Source: Leucoraja ocellata (lineage: Eukaryota). From it: a stretch of 64,000 bases of DNA. Positions within the stretch are counted from its first letter, which is position 1; each line of letters begins with the position of its first letter. The translations under genes were made by a program, and so were the position numbers. Positions 14,043 to 26,692 of the stretch are shown here, piece by piece. The stretch is from positions 124,001 through 188,000 of the forward strand of contig JAWMAR010001356.1 of assembly GCA_036785375.1 (NCBI GenBank), in the 5' to 3' direction. The notes below the pieces were generated by a model. The model did not search any database and was not told the origin of the DNA. It saw only the letters and a list, made by a program, of their open reading frames with translations.

Positions 14043-15345
14043 AATGATACTTAAAGGCTTGACGATAGATATGCAACGGCAAACATTTAAAGATCCTATG
14101 GATGAATTGCACCAATTGTTCACCCGTCAGGTGTAAAAATAAAACAGGGAAGGTGGCTCAACCGTGGCAAATAATGGAAATTAGGGAATATTAAATCCAG
14201 GCATATAAATTGGCCAGATAAAGCAACAAACTGGGAGAAATTTAAATTTAATATTTAACACAGGAGGACAAATGGATGAATTCAGTGGGGGTAAATAGAG
14301 CATGAACGGAAACTTGCGGGGGAAATATTAGTGAAGACAAATATAGGCCCCTTACAGTCAGAAACAGGTTAATTTATACTGGGAAACAAGAAATTGGCAG
14401 ACCAGTTACACAAATACTTTGGTTCTGTCTTCACTAAGGAAGACACAAACAATCTTCCAGAAATACAAGGGGACCGAGGATCTAGTGGGAGGGAGGAAGT
14501 GAAGGGAATCCACATGATTCAGGAAATGTTGTTAGGTAAACTGTTGGGACAGAAGACATGTAAATCCCCAGGGCCTGATGGTCTGCATCCGAAACAACAC
14601 AGGAGGTGGCCCTCGAAATCGTGCATGTATTGGTAATCATTTTCCAATGTTCTATAGACATTTGGTTAGTTCCAGTGAACTGGAGGGTACCTAATGTAAC
14701 CCCACCTTTTAAGAAAGAGGGGAAAGAGAAAACAGGGAATTATAGACCAGTTAGACTGACATTGGTAGTGGGTTGTACAGGGCTCTGGTGAGAACACACC
14801 TGAGCATCTGGTGCAATTTTGGTCTCCTAATTTGCCGAAGGACATTCGTGTCAATGAATGAGCACAGCGTAGGTTCACAGGGTTAATTCCCGGGATGTCT
14901 GGACAGACATATGATGAAAGAATGGATCGACTGGGCTTAAATGAAGGGATTAAGATGGATGAGAGGAGATCTTATAGAAAGATATATAATTCTTAAGGGT
15001 TTGAACAGGCTGGATGCAGGAAAAATGTTCCTGATATTGGGGGTTCAGACCTATGGGTCACGGTTTAAGAATAAGGATTAGGCCATTTACTACTGAGATG
15101 AGGAAAACCTTTTTTTTAGCAAGAGAGTTGTGAATTTGTGGAATTCTCTGCCTCAGAAGGCAGTGGAGGCCAATTCACTGGATGATTTCAAGAGAGAGCT
15201 AGATATAGTGCTTGGGGCTAATGGAATCAAAGGATATGGGGAGAAAGCAAGAACGGGGTAATGATTTTGGACGATCACATTGAATGACGGTTTGTGCTCG
15301 ATAGGCCAAACGACCTCCGCCTGCACCTATTTTCTATGTTTTTAT
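14043..15345 (+). mobile_element. Old, internally deleted CR1
   Basis: SVFTKED, KSPGPDG and NYRPV motifs; decayed 3' end. Confidence 0.85.
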
Positions 15346-15351
15346 ATTTAA

Positions 15352-15810
15352 CTAATGTGTTCTAAGTAACCTGCGAACCCTGGTATACCTGCTTTCTGCA
15401 CTGTGGGATCAATTAACCTGTTCCTTTCTATATAACTTGCTAGCCTCTGGGCCACTATGCTAAAGAAAATCTTGCCATCTACATTTAGGAGACAAACAGC
15501 CTAAACTGATTTAACTCTGGAGACTCTTTCTTCTAGGGAATGAACATTCCCCCTGCTCTATGCCAAACCCTTGGTATGACCTGCTTCTACCAAACTATTG
15601 GACAGAGCCTCTGCGAGAATCTAAGCACATCATGTGCACTTTTATGTACCCGGTAAGGGACTCCATTTGGTCCCGGTGCAGAAGAAGCATTTCCACGCCA
15701 TATTACTGCTTCCACTTCCTTCCACTTTTGTGGCAAAACATCTAACTATAACATCTGTCTCCTAAGGTGGTAACTCTGGAGGGAGACACGGGCCCGATAC
15801 TGGGGCCCAT
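15352..15810 (-). mobile_element. Decayed RT fragment of an RLE-type non-LTR element (Hero-like)
   Basis: Manual minus-strand translation across frameshifts: SSAPGPNGVPYRV..LLNVDGKIFFSIVAQRL..VQKAGIPGFAGYLEH. Confidence 0.7.
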
Positions 15811-17195
15811 GACGACTGAGGATTGGCGGGTAGCAAAAATAACCCCACTTTTTAAGAAGGGAGGGAGAGAGAAAACGGGGAATTACAGACCAGTTAGTCT
15901 AACATCGGTAGTGGGGAAACTGCTAGTCAGTTATTAAAGATAGGATAGCAGCACATTTGGAAAGTGGTGAAATCATTGGACAAAGTCAGCATGGATTTAC
16001 GAAAGGTAAATCATGTCTGACGAATCTTATAGAATTTTTCGAGGATGTAACTAGTAGCGTGGATAGGGGAGAACCAGTGCATGTGGTGTATCTGGACTTC
16101 CAGAACGCTTTCGACAAGGTCCCACATAAGAGATTAGTATACAAACTTAAAGTACACGGCATTGGGGGTTCAGTATTGATGTGGATAGAGAACTGGCTGG
16201 CAAACAGGAAGCAAAGAGTAGGAGTAAACGGGCCCTTTTCACAATGGCAGGCAGTGACTAGTGGGGTACCGCAAGGCTCAGTGCTGGGACCCCAGCTATT
16301 TACAATATATATTAATGATCTGGATGAGAGAATTGAAGGCAATATCTCCAAGTTTGCGGATGACACTAAGCTGGGGGGCAGTGTTAGCTGTGAGGCGGAT
16401 GCTAGGAGACTGCAAGGTGACTTGGATAGGCTGGGTGAGTGGGCAAATGTTTGGCAGATGCAGTATAATGTGGATAAATGTGAGGTTATCCATTTTGGTG
16501 GCAAAAACAGGAAAGCAGACTATTATCTAAATGGTGGCCGACTAGGAAAAGGGGAGATGCAGCGAGACCTGGGTGTCATGGTACACCAATCATTGAAAAT
16601 AGGCATGCAGGTGCAGCAGTCAGTGAAGAAAGCGAATGGTATGTTAGCTTTCCTAGCAAAAGGATTTGAGTATAGGAGCAGGGAGGTTCTACTGCAGTTG
16701 TACAGGATCTTGGTGAGACCACACCTGGAGTATTGCGTACAGTTTTGGTCTCCAAATCTGAGGAAGGACATTATTGCCATAGAGGGAGTGCAGAGAAGGT
16801 TCACCAGACTGATTCCTGGGATGTCAGGACTGTCTTATGAAGAAAGACTGGATAGACTTGGTTTATACTCTCTAGAATTTAGGAGATTGAGAGGGGATCT
16901 TATAGAAACTTACAAAATTCTTAAGGGGTTGGACAGGCTAGATGCAGGAAGATTGCTCCCAATGTTGGGGAAATCCAGGACAAGGGGCCACAGCTTAAGG
17001 ATAAGGGGGAAATCCTTTAAAACCGAGATGAGAAGAACTTTTTTCACACAGAGTGTGGTGAGTCTCTGGAACTCTCTGCCGCGGAGGGTAGTCGAGGCCA
17101 GTTCATTGGCTATATTTAAGAGGGAGTTAGATGTGGCCCTTGTGGCTAAGGGGATCAGAGGGTATGGAGAGAAATCAGGTACAGGATACTGAGTT

Positions 17196-18326
17196 TAAGA
17201 GGGAACTGCAGATGCTGGAGAATCGAAGGTTACACAAAAAAGCTGGAGAAACTCAGCGGGTGCAGCAGCATCTATGGAGCGAAGGAAATAGGCAACGTTT
17301 CGCGCCGAAACCCTTCTTCAGACTGATCGGGGGCGGGGACAAGAAAGGGAAAAGGAGGAGTAGCCAGAAGGCTGGGGGATGGGAGGAGACAGCAGGGGGG
17401 CTGAGGAAGGGGAGGAGACAGCAAGGACTAACAAAATTGGGAGAATTCGATGTTCATGCCCCCGGGGTGCAGACTCCCCAAACGGAATATGAGGTGCTGT
17501 TCCTCCAATTTCCGGTGCTGCTCACTGTGGCCATGGAGGAGACCCAGGACAGAGAGGTCGGAGGCGGAGTGGGAGGGGGAGACCTCCAACGTGACCCCAC
17601 TACTCGCCACATCTTCCCATCTCCCCCCATATCTGCCTTCCGCAAAGACCGCTCCCTCCATAACTCCCTTGTCAATTCTTCCCTTCCCTCTCGGTCCACC
17701 CCCTCCCCGGGCACTTTCCCTTGCAACCGCAAGAGATGCAACACTTGTCCCTTTACCTCCCCCCTCGACTCCGTTCAAGGACCCAAGCAATCGTTCCAGG
17801 TACGACAGAGGTTTACCTGCATCTCTTCCAACCTCATCTATTGCGTCCGCTGCTCTAGATGTCAGCAGATCTATATCGGTGAAACCAAGCGGAGGTTGGG
17901 CGATCGTTTCGCCGAACACCTCCGCTCGGTCCGCAATAACCAAGCTGACCTCCTGGTGGCTCAGCACTTCAACTCCCCCTCCCACTCCGTCTCCGACCTC
18001 TCTGTCCTGGGTCTCCTCCATGGCCACAGCGAGCAGCATCGGAAATTGGAGGAACAGCACCTCATATTCCGTTTGGGGAGTCTGCACCCCGGGGGCATGA
18101 ACATCGAATTCTCCCAATTTTGTTAGTCCTTGCTGTCTCCTCCCCTTCCTCAGCCCCCCTGCTGTCTCCTCCCATCCCCCAGCCTTCTGGCTACTCCTCC
18201 TTTTCCCTTTCTTGTCCCCGCCCCCGATCAGTCTGAAGAAGGGTTTCGGCCCGAAACGTTGCCTATTTCCTTCGCTCCATAGATGCTGCTGCACCTGCTG
18301 AGTTTCTCCAGCTTTTTTGTGTAACC
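17196..18326. mobile_element. Penelope-like element with inverted pLTR arms (17228-17581 and 17973-18326)
   Basis: GIY-YIG-type ORF (CNRKRCNTC..IYIGETKRRLGDRFAEH); 15-bp TSD acaggatactgagtt; empty site at ~60245. Confidence 0.92.
18233..18260 (+). ncRNA. Minimal hammerhead-ribozyme-like motif in the Penelope pLTR
   Basis: CTGAAGA-A-GGGT-TTCG-GCCC-GAAAC-GTT. Confidence 0.65.
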
Positions 18327-19743
18327 ACAGGATACTGAGTTGGATGATCAGCTATGATCATATTGAATGGCGGTGCAGGCTCGAAGGGCCGAATGGCCTA
18401 CTCCTGCACCTAATTTCTATGTTTCTATGACAGGCCCACTCAGTATTCAAACAACGTAAGGTCCGAAAACACAAGGCCCATTCAGTGTTGGTGTTGCATG
18501 ATGCCACAGAAAGTAGGCCCAATCTCTATTCAATGTACTCTGGACCCAATCACTTTAGATTAGATTAGATTAGATTAGACTTTATTAATCCCCTTATTCA
18601 GGGGCAATTCAGATGTCCTTGCAGCACTAATAAAAATACAACATAGCATTCAAGAAGAAATTCAACACCAAAACACAAAAACATGTTTAGCACAAAGTCC
18701 AGTCCCCATCCTCTTGTCCACCCAAAGTCGGGCCTATTGAGGCCTCCACAGTCGCCGCCACGGTTAGTCGCGGTTACCCTGATAGTGCGCTGAATGGGCC
18801 AAATGCAATCAGCCGAGAGTAGTCCAGGATACCCAACTAGTGGGATGAGTGGCTTTGTGGCTCCATGTGGCCTATTCTTATTTTGGGGGCCGATACTAAC
18901 TCACTCACCCGCCATCAAAGGCCCAATCAATGTCTAAGTGAAAGCGCACCCAAGATGGGTACCAGGCAAATCGATCTGAACTAATTTACAATCCTTTGGA
19001 GTCATGCGATCCCAGCTAATTCCAGAAATGGTGGAACACGAGGTAAAACGAGAGCACATTTAGAGCAAGGTGCTGGTTCCTTCGATAAACAAATATAGCA
19101 AACTAGGTTAGGCTTTTGTAGTTCTGCTTTTATTTGTGATTTAACAGAAACATATTACAGAGATGTTTTTAAAAGCATAACACGAAGTGGTCAAAACAAC
19201 TGAATTCCACACTGAGACCAGGTACATTGAACATGTAGCTTGAGAGTCAAAGGTTAGCTCTGAATTAAGGACAATTGAGCAAAATAGGAGTAAATAGATA
19301 TTTGCTCATATGCAGAATGTGTGCATGTGTTGTTGGGTATGTATTTACACATGCATTGACATTACATTTATTTACAGGCCTTCGGTTAGGCCGCACTTGC
19401 AGTATAGTGTGGAGGTTCAGGTCGTCCCTTCGAGGGAATAATGTGGAGGCTTTGGAGAAGAACTTAAATCGGGCGCGGGGCTTTATTTCACAGAGGCCCA
19501 GGACCGTTGGAGAGTGTGGAGGAGGGTCAGGGCGGGGAGTACTTAAATCGGGCGCGGGGCTTTATTTCACAGAGGCCCGGGACCGTTGGAGAGCAGTGGA
19601 GGAGGGTCAGGGCTTTTACCAAAATCCGTAACGTTCCATACTCCATAGGGAGGGTTCTGGTGGAAGCCGCTGATTGGTGGAAGCAGACTAGAGGAAGCAG
19701 CTGATTGCATGCAACCTCAGGTTAGCATTTGTGCTTTCTGGTT

Positions 19744-20055
19744 AAAGGTGCAGTGCTTTAGTAAAGGTACAGTGGGCTAAGGGTACAGTGGGCTAAGGGT
19801 ACAGTGCTTTAGTAAAGGTACAGTGGGCTAAAGGTACAGTGGGCTAAAGGTACAGTGGGTTAAAGGGTACAGTGGGCTAAGGGTACAGTGGGCTAAAGGT
19901 ACAGTGGGCTAAAGGTACAGTGGGCTAAAGGTACAGTGGGCTAAAGGTACAGTGCTTTAGTAAAGGTACAGTGAGCTAAGGGTACAGTGGGTTAAAGGTA
20001 CAGTGAGCTAAGGGTACAGTGAGCCAAGGGTACAGTGAGCTAAAGGTACAGTGCT
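19744..20055 (+). repeat. 16-17 bp minisatellite (aaaggtacagtgggct)n in the CR1 5' UTR
   Basis: Directly visible; much shorter in the paralog at 61681-61778. Confidence 0.95.
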
Positions 20056-20186
20056 TTTTGTTTATATAATAAAGGTGCAGTTTAAAGGGCACGAGGGAGC
20101 AGCTGTTGTGAGTCGGATACCTGCTGATTTCTCCCAGCAGTTTCTATTGTATTATACTGGTATCAGATCCAGGGTAAGGCGGGAGA

Positions 20187-21105
20187 ATGACAGTCAGAGC
20201 AGTGTACTGTTCTGGATGTCAGATGTGGGAGGTCATGGTGTCGGATGGCCCTCCAGACGTCCACATCTGCACCAGGTGCAGCGAGATGGGGCTCCTAAGG
20301 GACTGTTTTAGGATCCTGGAGCAGCAGCTCGATGACCTCTGTCTGATCAGGGAGAGTGAGGAGGTCATAGAGGGGAGTTATAGGGAGGTGGTCACTCCAA
20401 AACCACGGGAGAGAGACATGTGGGTCACGCTAAGGAAGGGCAAGGGGCAGAGGCAGGGACGAGTGAGTACTCCAATGTCGGTCCACCTCGCAAATAAATA
20501 CTCCTGTTTGAGTACGGATGGGGGATGACAGCCTACCCGGGGGTAGTGACAGCGGACGGGCCTCCAGCACAGAGACCAGCCCTGTTGCTCCGAAAGGTAG
20601 GGGAAAAAAGAAGAGGGCAATAGTAATTGGGGACTCTATTGTTAGTGGGTCGGATAGGCGATTCTGTGGACGCAGTCGGGAGACCAGGATGGTGGTCTGC
20701 CTCCCTGGTGCCAAGGTCTCGGACGTGTCTCAACGCATCCAAGATATCCTGAAATCAGAGGGAGAGGAGCCTGTGGTAGTGGTACATATAGGTACCAATG
20801 ACATAAGTAAAAAAAGGGAAGAGGTCCTGAAGGGAGGATTTAGTGAGTTGGGAGGAGAGTTAAGGAAAAGGATCAAAAAGGTAACAATCTCAGGATTACT
20901 GCCTGTGCCACGCGACAGTGAGAGTAGGAATGGAGCGAGGTGGAGGATAAATGCGTGGATGACAGATTGGTGCAGAGGGCAGGGATTCAAGTTCCTGGAT
21001 CATTGGGACTTCTTTTGGGGAAGGATGGATTGCACTTGAACCCGAGGGGGGACCAATATCCTGGCGGGGAAATTTGCAAAGGCTACTGGGGAGACTTTAA
21101 ACTAG
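20187..21105 (+). pseudogene. CR1 ORF1 (Zn finger/leucine zipper plus SGNH esterase), frameshifted
   Basis: CxxC..CxxC, IVIGDSIV and VHIGTND motifs; frameshift at ~20520 and a small deletion before the D-x-LHLN motif. Confidence 0.9.
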
Positions 21106-21239
21106 AATGGTTGGGGTGAGGGACTCAAATAGAGAAAGCTAGTAGACAGAATGGGAGGCAGGAAGCAGAAAAGGGAAGCACTCGGACACAAGAGAAGAAA
21201 GAAAAAAAAGGAAATAAACAGAGAGTAAGAGGCGGGGGG

Positions 21240-24037
21240 TTTCTTAAATGTGTATATTTTAATGCGAGGAGCATTGTAAGAAAGGTGGATGAGCTTAGAT
21301 TGACACCTGGAAGTATGATGTTGTGGCGATCAGTGAAACATGGTTGCAGGAGGGCTGTGATTGGAAACTAAATATTCCAGGATTCCGTTGCTTCAGGTGT
21401 GATAGAATTGGAGGGGCAAGAGGTGGAGGTGTTGCATTGCTAGTCAGGGAAGATATTACAGCAGTGCTTTGGCAGGATAGATTAGAGGGCTCGTCTAGGG
21501 AGGCTATTTGGGTGGAATTGAGAAGTGGGAAAGGTGTAGCAACACTTATAGGGGTGTATTATAGACTGCCAAATAGGGAACGAGAATTGGAAGAGCAAAT
21601 ATGTAAGGAGATAGCAGATATTAGTAGTAAGCACAAGGTAGTGATTGTGGGAGATTTCAACTTTCCACACATAGACTGGGAAACACATTCTGTAAATGGG
21701 CTGGATGGGTTGGAGTTTGTAAAATGTGTGCAGGATAGTTTTTTTCAGCAATACATAGAGGTACCTACTAGAGGAGTGGCAGTGCTGGACCTCCTGTTAG
21801 GAAATGAGATGGGACAGGTGGCGGAGGTATGCGTTGGGGAGCACTTCGGGTCCAGTGATCACAATACCATTAGTTTCAATATAATTATGGAGAGGGTCAG
21901 AACTGGACCTAGGGTTGAGATTTTTGATTGGAGAAAGGCTAACTTTGATGAGATGCGAGATGATTTAAAAGGAGTGAACTGGGACATTTTGTTTTATGGG
22001 AAAGATGTAGAAGAGAAATGGAGGACATTTAAAGAGGAAATCTTAAGAGTACAGAATCTTTATGTTCCTGTTCGGTTGAAAGGAAACAGTAAAAATTGGA
22101 AAGAGCCCTGGTTTTCAAGGGAAATTGGACATCTTGTTCAGAAAAAGAGGGAGATCTACAATAATTATAGGCAGCATGAAGTAAATGAGGTGCTTGAGGA
22201 GTATAAGGAATGTAAAAAGAATCTTAAGAAAGAAATTAGAAAAGCTAAAAGATATGAGGTTGCTTTGGCAAGTAAGGTGAAAGTAAATCCAAAGGGTTTC
22301 TACATCTATATTAATAGCAAAAGGATAACGAGGGATAAAATTGGTCCATTGGAGAGACGGAGTGGACAGCTATCTGCAGAGCCAAAAGAGATGGGGGAGA
22401 TATTGAACAATTTTTTTTCTTCGGTATTCACCAAGGAGAAGGATATTGAATTATGTGAGGTAAGGGAAACTAGTAGAGTAGCTATGGATACTATGAGGTT
22501 CAAAGTAAAAGAAGTACTGACACTTTTGAAAAATATAAAAGTGGATAAGTCTCCAGGTCCTGACAGGATATTCCCTAGGACATTGAGGGAAGTTAGTGTA
22601 GAAATAGCCGGGGCTATGACAGAAATATTTCAAATGTCATTAGAAACGGGAATAGTCCCTGAGGATTGGCGTACTGCGCATGTTGTTCCATTGTTTAAAA
22701 AGGGTTCTAAGAGTAAACCCGGCAATTATAGACCTGTTAGTTTGACTTCAGTGGTGGGCAAATTAATGGAAAAGATACTTAGAGATAATATATATAAGCA
22801 TCTGGATAAACAGGGTCTGATTAGGAACAGTCAACATGGATTTGTGCCTGGAACATCATGTTTGACTGATCTTGAATTTTTTGAAGAGGTTATTAGGGAA
22901 ATTGACGAGGGTAAAGCAGTGGATGTTGTCTATATGGACTTTAGTAAGGCCTTTGACAAGGTTCCTCATGGAAGGTTGGTTAAGAAGGTTCAACTGTTGG
23001 GTATAAATGCAGGAATAGCAAGATGGATTCAACAGTGGCTGAATGGGAGAAGCCAGAGGGTAATGGTGGATGGCTGTTTATCGGGTTGGAGGCAGGTGAC
23101 TAGTGGGGTGCCTCAGGGATCTGTGTTGGGTCCTTTGTTGTTTGTCATGTACATCAATGATCTGGATGAAGATGTGGTAAATTGGATTAGTAAGTATGCA
23201 GATGATACCAAGATAGGGGGTGTTGTGGATAATGAAGAGGATTTCCAAAGTCTACAGAGTGATTTAGGCCATTTGGAAAAATGGGCTGAAAGATGGCAGA
23301 TGGAGTTTAATGCTGATAAATGTGAGGTGCTACACCTTGGCAGGACAAATCAAAATAGGACGTACATGGTAAATGGTAGGGAATTGAAGAATACAGTTGA
23401 ACAGAGGGATCTGGGGATAACCGTGCATAGTTCCTTGAAGGTGGAATCTCATATAGATAGGGTGGTAAAGAAAGCTTTTGGTATGCTAGCCTTTATAAAT
23501 CAGAGCATTGAGTATAGAAGCTGGGATGTAATGTTAAAATTGTACAAGGCATTGGTGAGGCCAATTCTGGAGTATGGTGTACAATTTTGGTTGCCCAATT
23601 ATAGGAAGGATGTCAACAAAATAGAGAGAGTACAGAGGAGATTTACTAGAATGTTGCCTGGGTTTCAACAACTAAGTTACAGAGATAGGTTGAATAAGTT
23701 AGGTCTTTATTCTCTGGAGCGCAGAAGGTTAAGGGGGGACTTGATAGAGGTCTTTAAAATGATGAGAGGGATAGACAGAGTTGATGTGGACAAGCTTTTC
23801 CCTTTGAGAATAGGGAAGATTCAAACAAGAGGACATGACTTCAGAATTAAGGGACAGAAGTTTAGGGGTAACATGAGGGGGAACTTCTTTACTCAGAGAG
23901 TGGTAGCGGTGTGGAATGAGCTTCCAGTGGAAGTGGTGGAGGCAGGTTTGTTGGTACCATTTAAAAATAAATTGGATAGGTATATGGATGAGAAGGGAAT
24001 GGAGGGTTATGGTATGAGTGCAGGCAGGTGGGACTAA
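21240..24037 (+). pseudogene. CR1 ORF2 (APE endonuclease plus RT), frameshift near 21300
   Basis: YFNARS in one frame, then a 904-aa ORF with SETW, GDFN, SDH, QGSVLGP and YADD. Confidence 0.92.
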
Positions 24038-24640
24038 GGGAAAAAAAGTTGTTCGGCACGGACTTGTAGGGCCGAGATGGCCTGTTTCCGTGCTGTAATT
24101 GTTATATGGTTATATGTTATATTATATTAAGATGCAGAAGAGGTTTACTAGAATGCTGCAGGGGGTAGAATTATTAGCTAGAAGATGTTGGCAAACATGG
24201 GTTGTTTTCTTTGACGCGTCGGAGGTTGAAGGGAGACCCGGTAGAAGTTTTTAGAATAATGACAGACATAGATAGTGTGTCTGAATTTAACATGAAGTTT
24301 ACGATCTCACACAAACAGCGTTCCTGACTTTCTATACAACGGCATTCAACACTGGAACGACACACATATGGCCCATGCTAAAGAAAAAGAGAATGTATAG
24401 AAATAAAGATAAAAAGAAAAAAAGAAATGTCTACCGAGATCACATGATATTCAAATTACGATTAAAATAGTTTGATACATTAACGCTATACTAAAGGCAA
24501 CTAGGCAATATCAAACAAGTCAGATAGACAGAATGAAATATTGCTTATGATATTGACGGCTTCAGATTTTTACATTTTCCTTGGTTACAACGACATCCAT
24601 AGACTGGTCAGATAAATACGCGGTTTTCAACATTCAATCG

Positions 24641-24649
24641 TCACTTGAC
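24641..24649 (-). CDS. ighm: IgM TM2 exon coding part (VK-stop; KVK cytoplasmic tail)
   Basis: tctctttacag|GTC AAG TGA. Confidence 0.9.
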   Translation of the reverse strand, partial: VK

Positions 24650-24783
24650 CTGTAAAGAGAGGGAGAGAATATGTAAGTGTATTAACAGTCTGTGACTAAG
24701 ATGCCAGGACATCCAAACAGTAGGACAATCTATATGTTGCCGTACTCTTCAAACAGGTGGAAAAGAAAGTGGAATGAACTCAC

Positions 24784-24911
24784 CTTCACCAGAGTTACAG
24801 CAGCACCGTATGAAATGCTCAGGAAGAACAGGATAATGAATGTGGAAGCGGTTGTCCAGATGTTGTCCCTGTCCTCCTCATAGTCCTCAAGAGGAACGTT
24901 GTCGGCGTAAT
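24784..24911 (-). CDS. ighm: IgM transmembrane exon TM1
   Basis: tttgcgtag|AT acceptor (phase 1, matches the Cmu4 internal donor) and AAG|gtgagt donor. DYEEDRDNIWTTASTFIILFFLSISYGAAVTLVK carries the CART motif. Confidence 0.95.
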
Positions 24912-25606
24912 CTACGCAAAGCAGAACGTGAAGACGTTTACAATATATTCTAATATAGAACATTGTATTTTATTTATTATTTACCAAAATAATACGAATA
25001 TTAATATTAGGGATATTAATTTCCTATGAGCTGTTTTTACGTTGAGGTGATCATCCATCCTCAACAATTGTATCCAAAATCATGGCCACATAGACACAGC
25101 TGCTAACAAACTACCGTTTATGAATAGTTTTGGAGAAACCAATGTGTATATATATATCTGGGATCCATTATTCATTCTATAAACGTCCGCTTCCCATTAA
25201 TATAATTTACTAACCGGGATGGTATAAAACTTGAAGCTGGTTATTGTTTACAATGTTATCAGATACCCCTTTATTTGGAGATGGTGACCGGAGCTCCGAG
25301 AAGGAACTCACTGAATGCAAACATTGGCTCCCAATAATTTGCCATCATTTCCACATTAGAACCCTGTTGGCTGATGTATCCTGTTTCCGGTTAGGGGATG
25401 GAGGAAGGCTTGTGTACAAAATTATAACTTTGAACCATTTGATAGGCATTATATTTCTAGTGTGAAATATAGAGCATGAATGATCTACGGTTACACTTAG
25501 TTTTTAGGAACGCGTTGAAAACTACCGGTTAAATGATCTGAATGGCCTTTCCGTTTGCCTGTAACTAGCTAGATGTGTATCATTAAGTCTAAGTTTGCCG
25601 AAATCC

Positions 25607-25974
25607 NNNNNNNNNNNNNNNNNNNNNNNNNNNNNNNNNNNNNNNNNNNNNNNNNNNNNNNNNNNNNNNNNNNNNNNNNNNNNNNNNNNNNNNNNNNNNN
25701 NNNNNNNNNNNNNNNNNNNNNNNNNNNNNNNNNNNNNNNNNNNNNNNNNNNNNNNNNNNNNNNNNNNNNNNNNNNNNNNNNNNNNNNNNNNNNNNNNNNN
25801 NNNNNNNNNNNNNNNNNNNNNNNNNNNNNNNNNNNNNNNNNNNNNNNNNNNNNNNNNNNNNNNNNNNNNNNNNNNNNNNNNNNNNNNNNNNNNNNNNNNN
25901 NNNNNNNNNNNNNNNNNNNNNNNNNNNNNNNNNNNNNNNNNNNNNNNNNNNNNNNNNNNNNNNNNNNNNNNNNN
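25607..25974. other. Assembly gap
   Basis: N run. Confidence 1.
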
Positions 25975-26692
25975 NTGCGTTGTGGAAAATCTATTTCAAT
26001 CAGCATTTATGAAGAAGAAAAATATAATATGAGCCAATATAGCTACTAACGTGTATTGTCACCGGAAATTTGCTTTGTAAAGTCCATTGGTATTAAAGTG
26101 AGGGACTAAATGCATTTGTGTTGTATTAATGTGGGTTTTTTTGTGCAAATGTGCGCTAGCTAACCGTTCCTATTATTTTGCATTTCAAAGAATGTTTGAT
26201 TGCTGGCCTGTTTGGGTAGTTGTCCATGCGCTATGGGGTAAACATGTCGTTAATTGCGTTTTATGTATGTTTCTATGCAACCCCATAAATGATTTTATGC
26301 CGTGCGCTTGCTGATGTTTTATGGTGAATGTGCTTTGTGTACATCTGGGGGAGACCTGGACATGGATGTGGCCTTGTCTAATGCTCGGGCCGGCGTGCTA
26401 GTCAATGTCTCGCCGCATCTGATATTTGCCTCTAAATTTGTGTTCTCACGAGCCACTCATAGCGGTTATCCCATCAATCACCTGCACATATTGTGATGAC
26501 CGTTTAATAATTTTACTTCGGAGTCACGTGAGTGACTACGTGAAGAACCCACCCAGCGCGCAGGCGCGGCATTACGTCAGCAGCGCAACAGCGGCAGCAG
26601 CTGGAGCCAGGCTCTCCAGCGGCAGGATAAAAGACAAGACCTCAGGTAAGTGAGTCTTTTGTGTTACAGAGTCGCTAACGGACGAAAAAGCT

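Larger units (their letters stand above)
15811..18429 (+). mobile_element. 5'-truncated CR1 LINE (RT ORF 15957-17192), interrupted by Penelope
   Basis: RT motifs; atgac duplicated at the ends; paralog at 58888-60357. Confidence 0.95.
1803..22060 (+). repeat. Segmental duplication copy 1
   Basis: Colinear and near-identical to 48615-63780, including unique sequence and shared TE junctions. Confidence 0.95.
19462..24128 (+). mobile_element. Full-length CR1 LINE nested in an older CR1
   Basis: 5' UTR, ORF1, ORF2 and (ggttatat)n tail; aaga duplicated; the older CR1 reads through ggagaaga|tgcagaagagg when the insert is removed. Confidence 0.95.
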
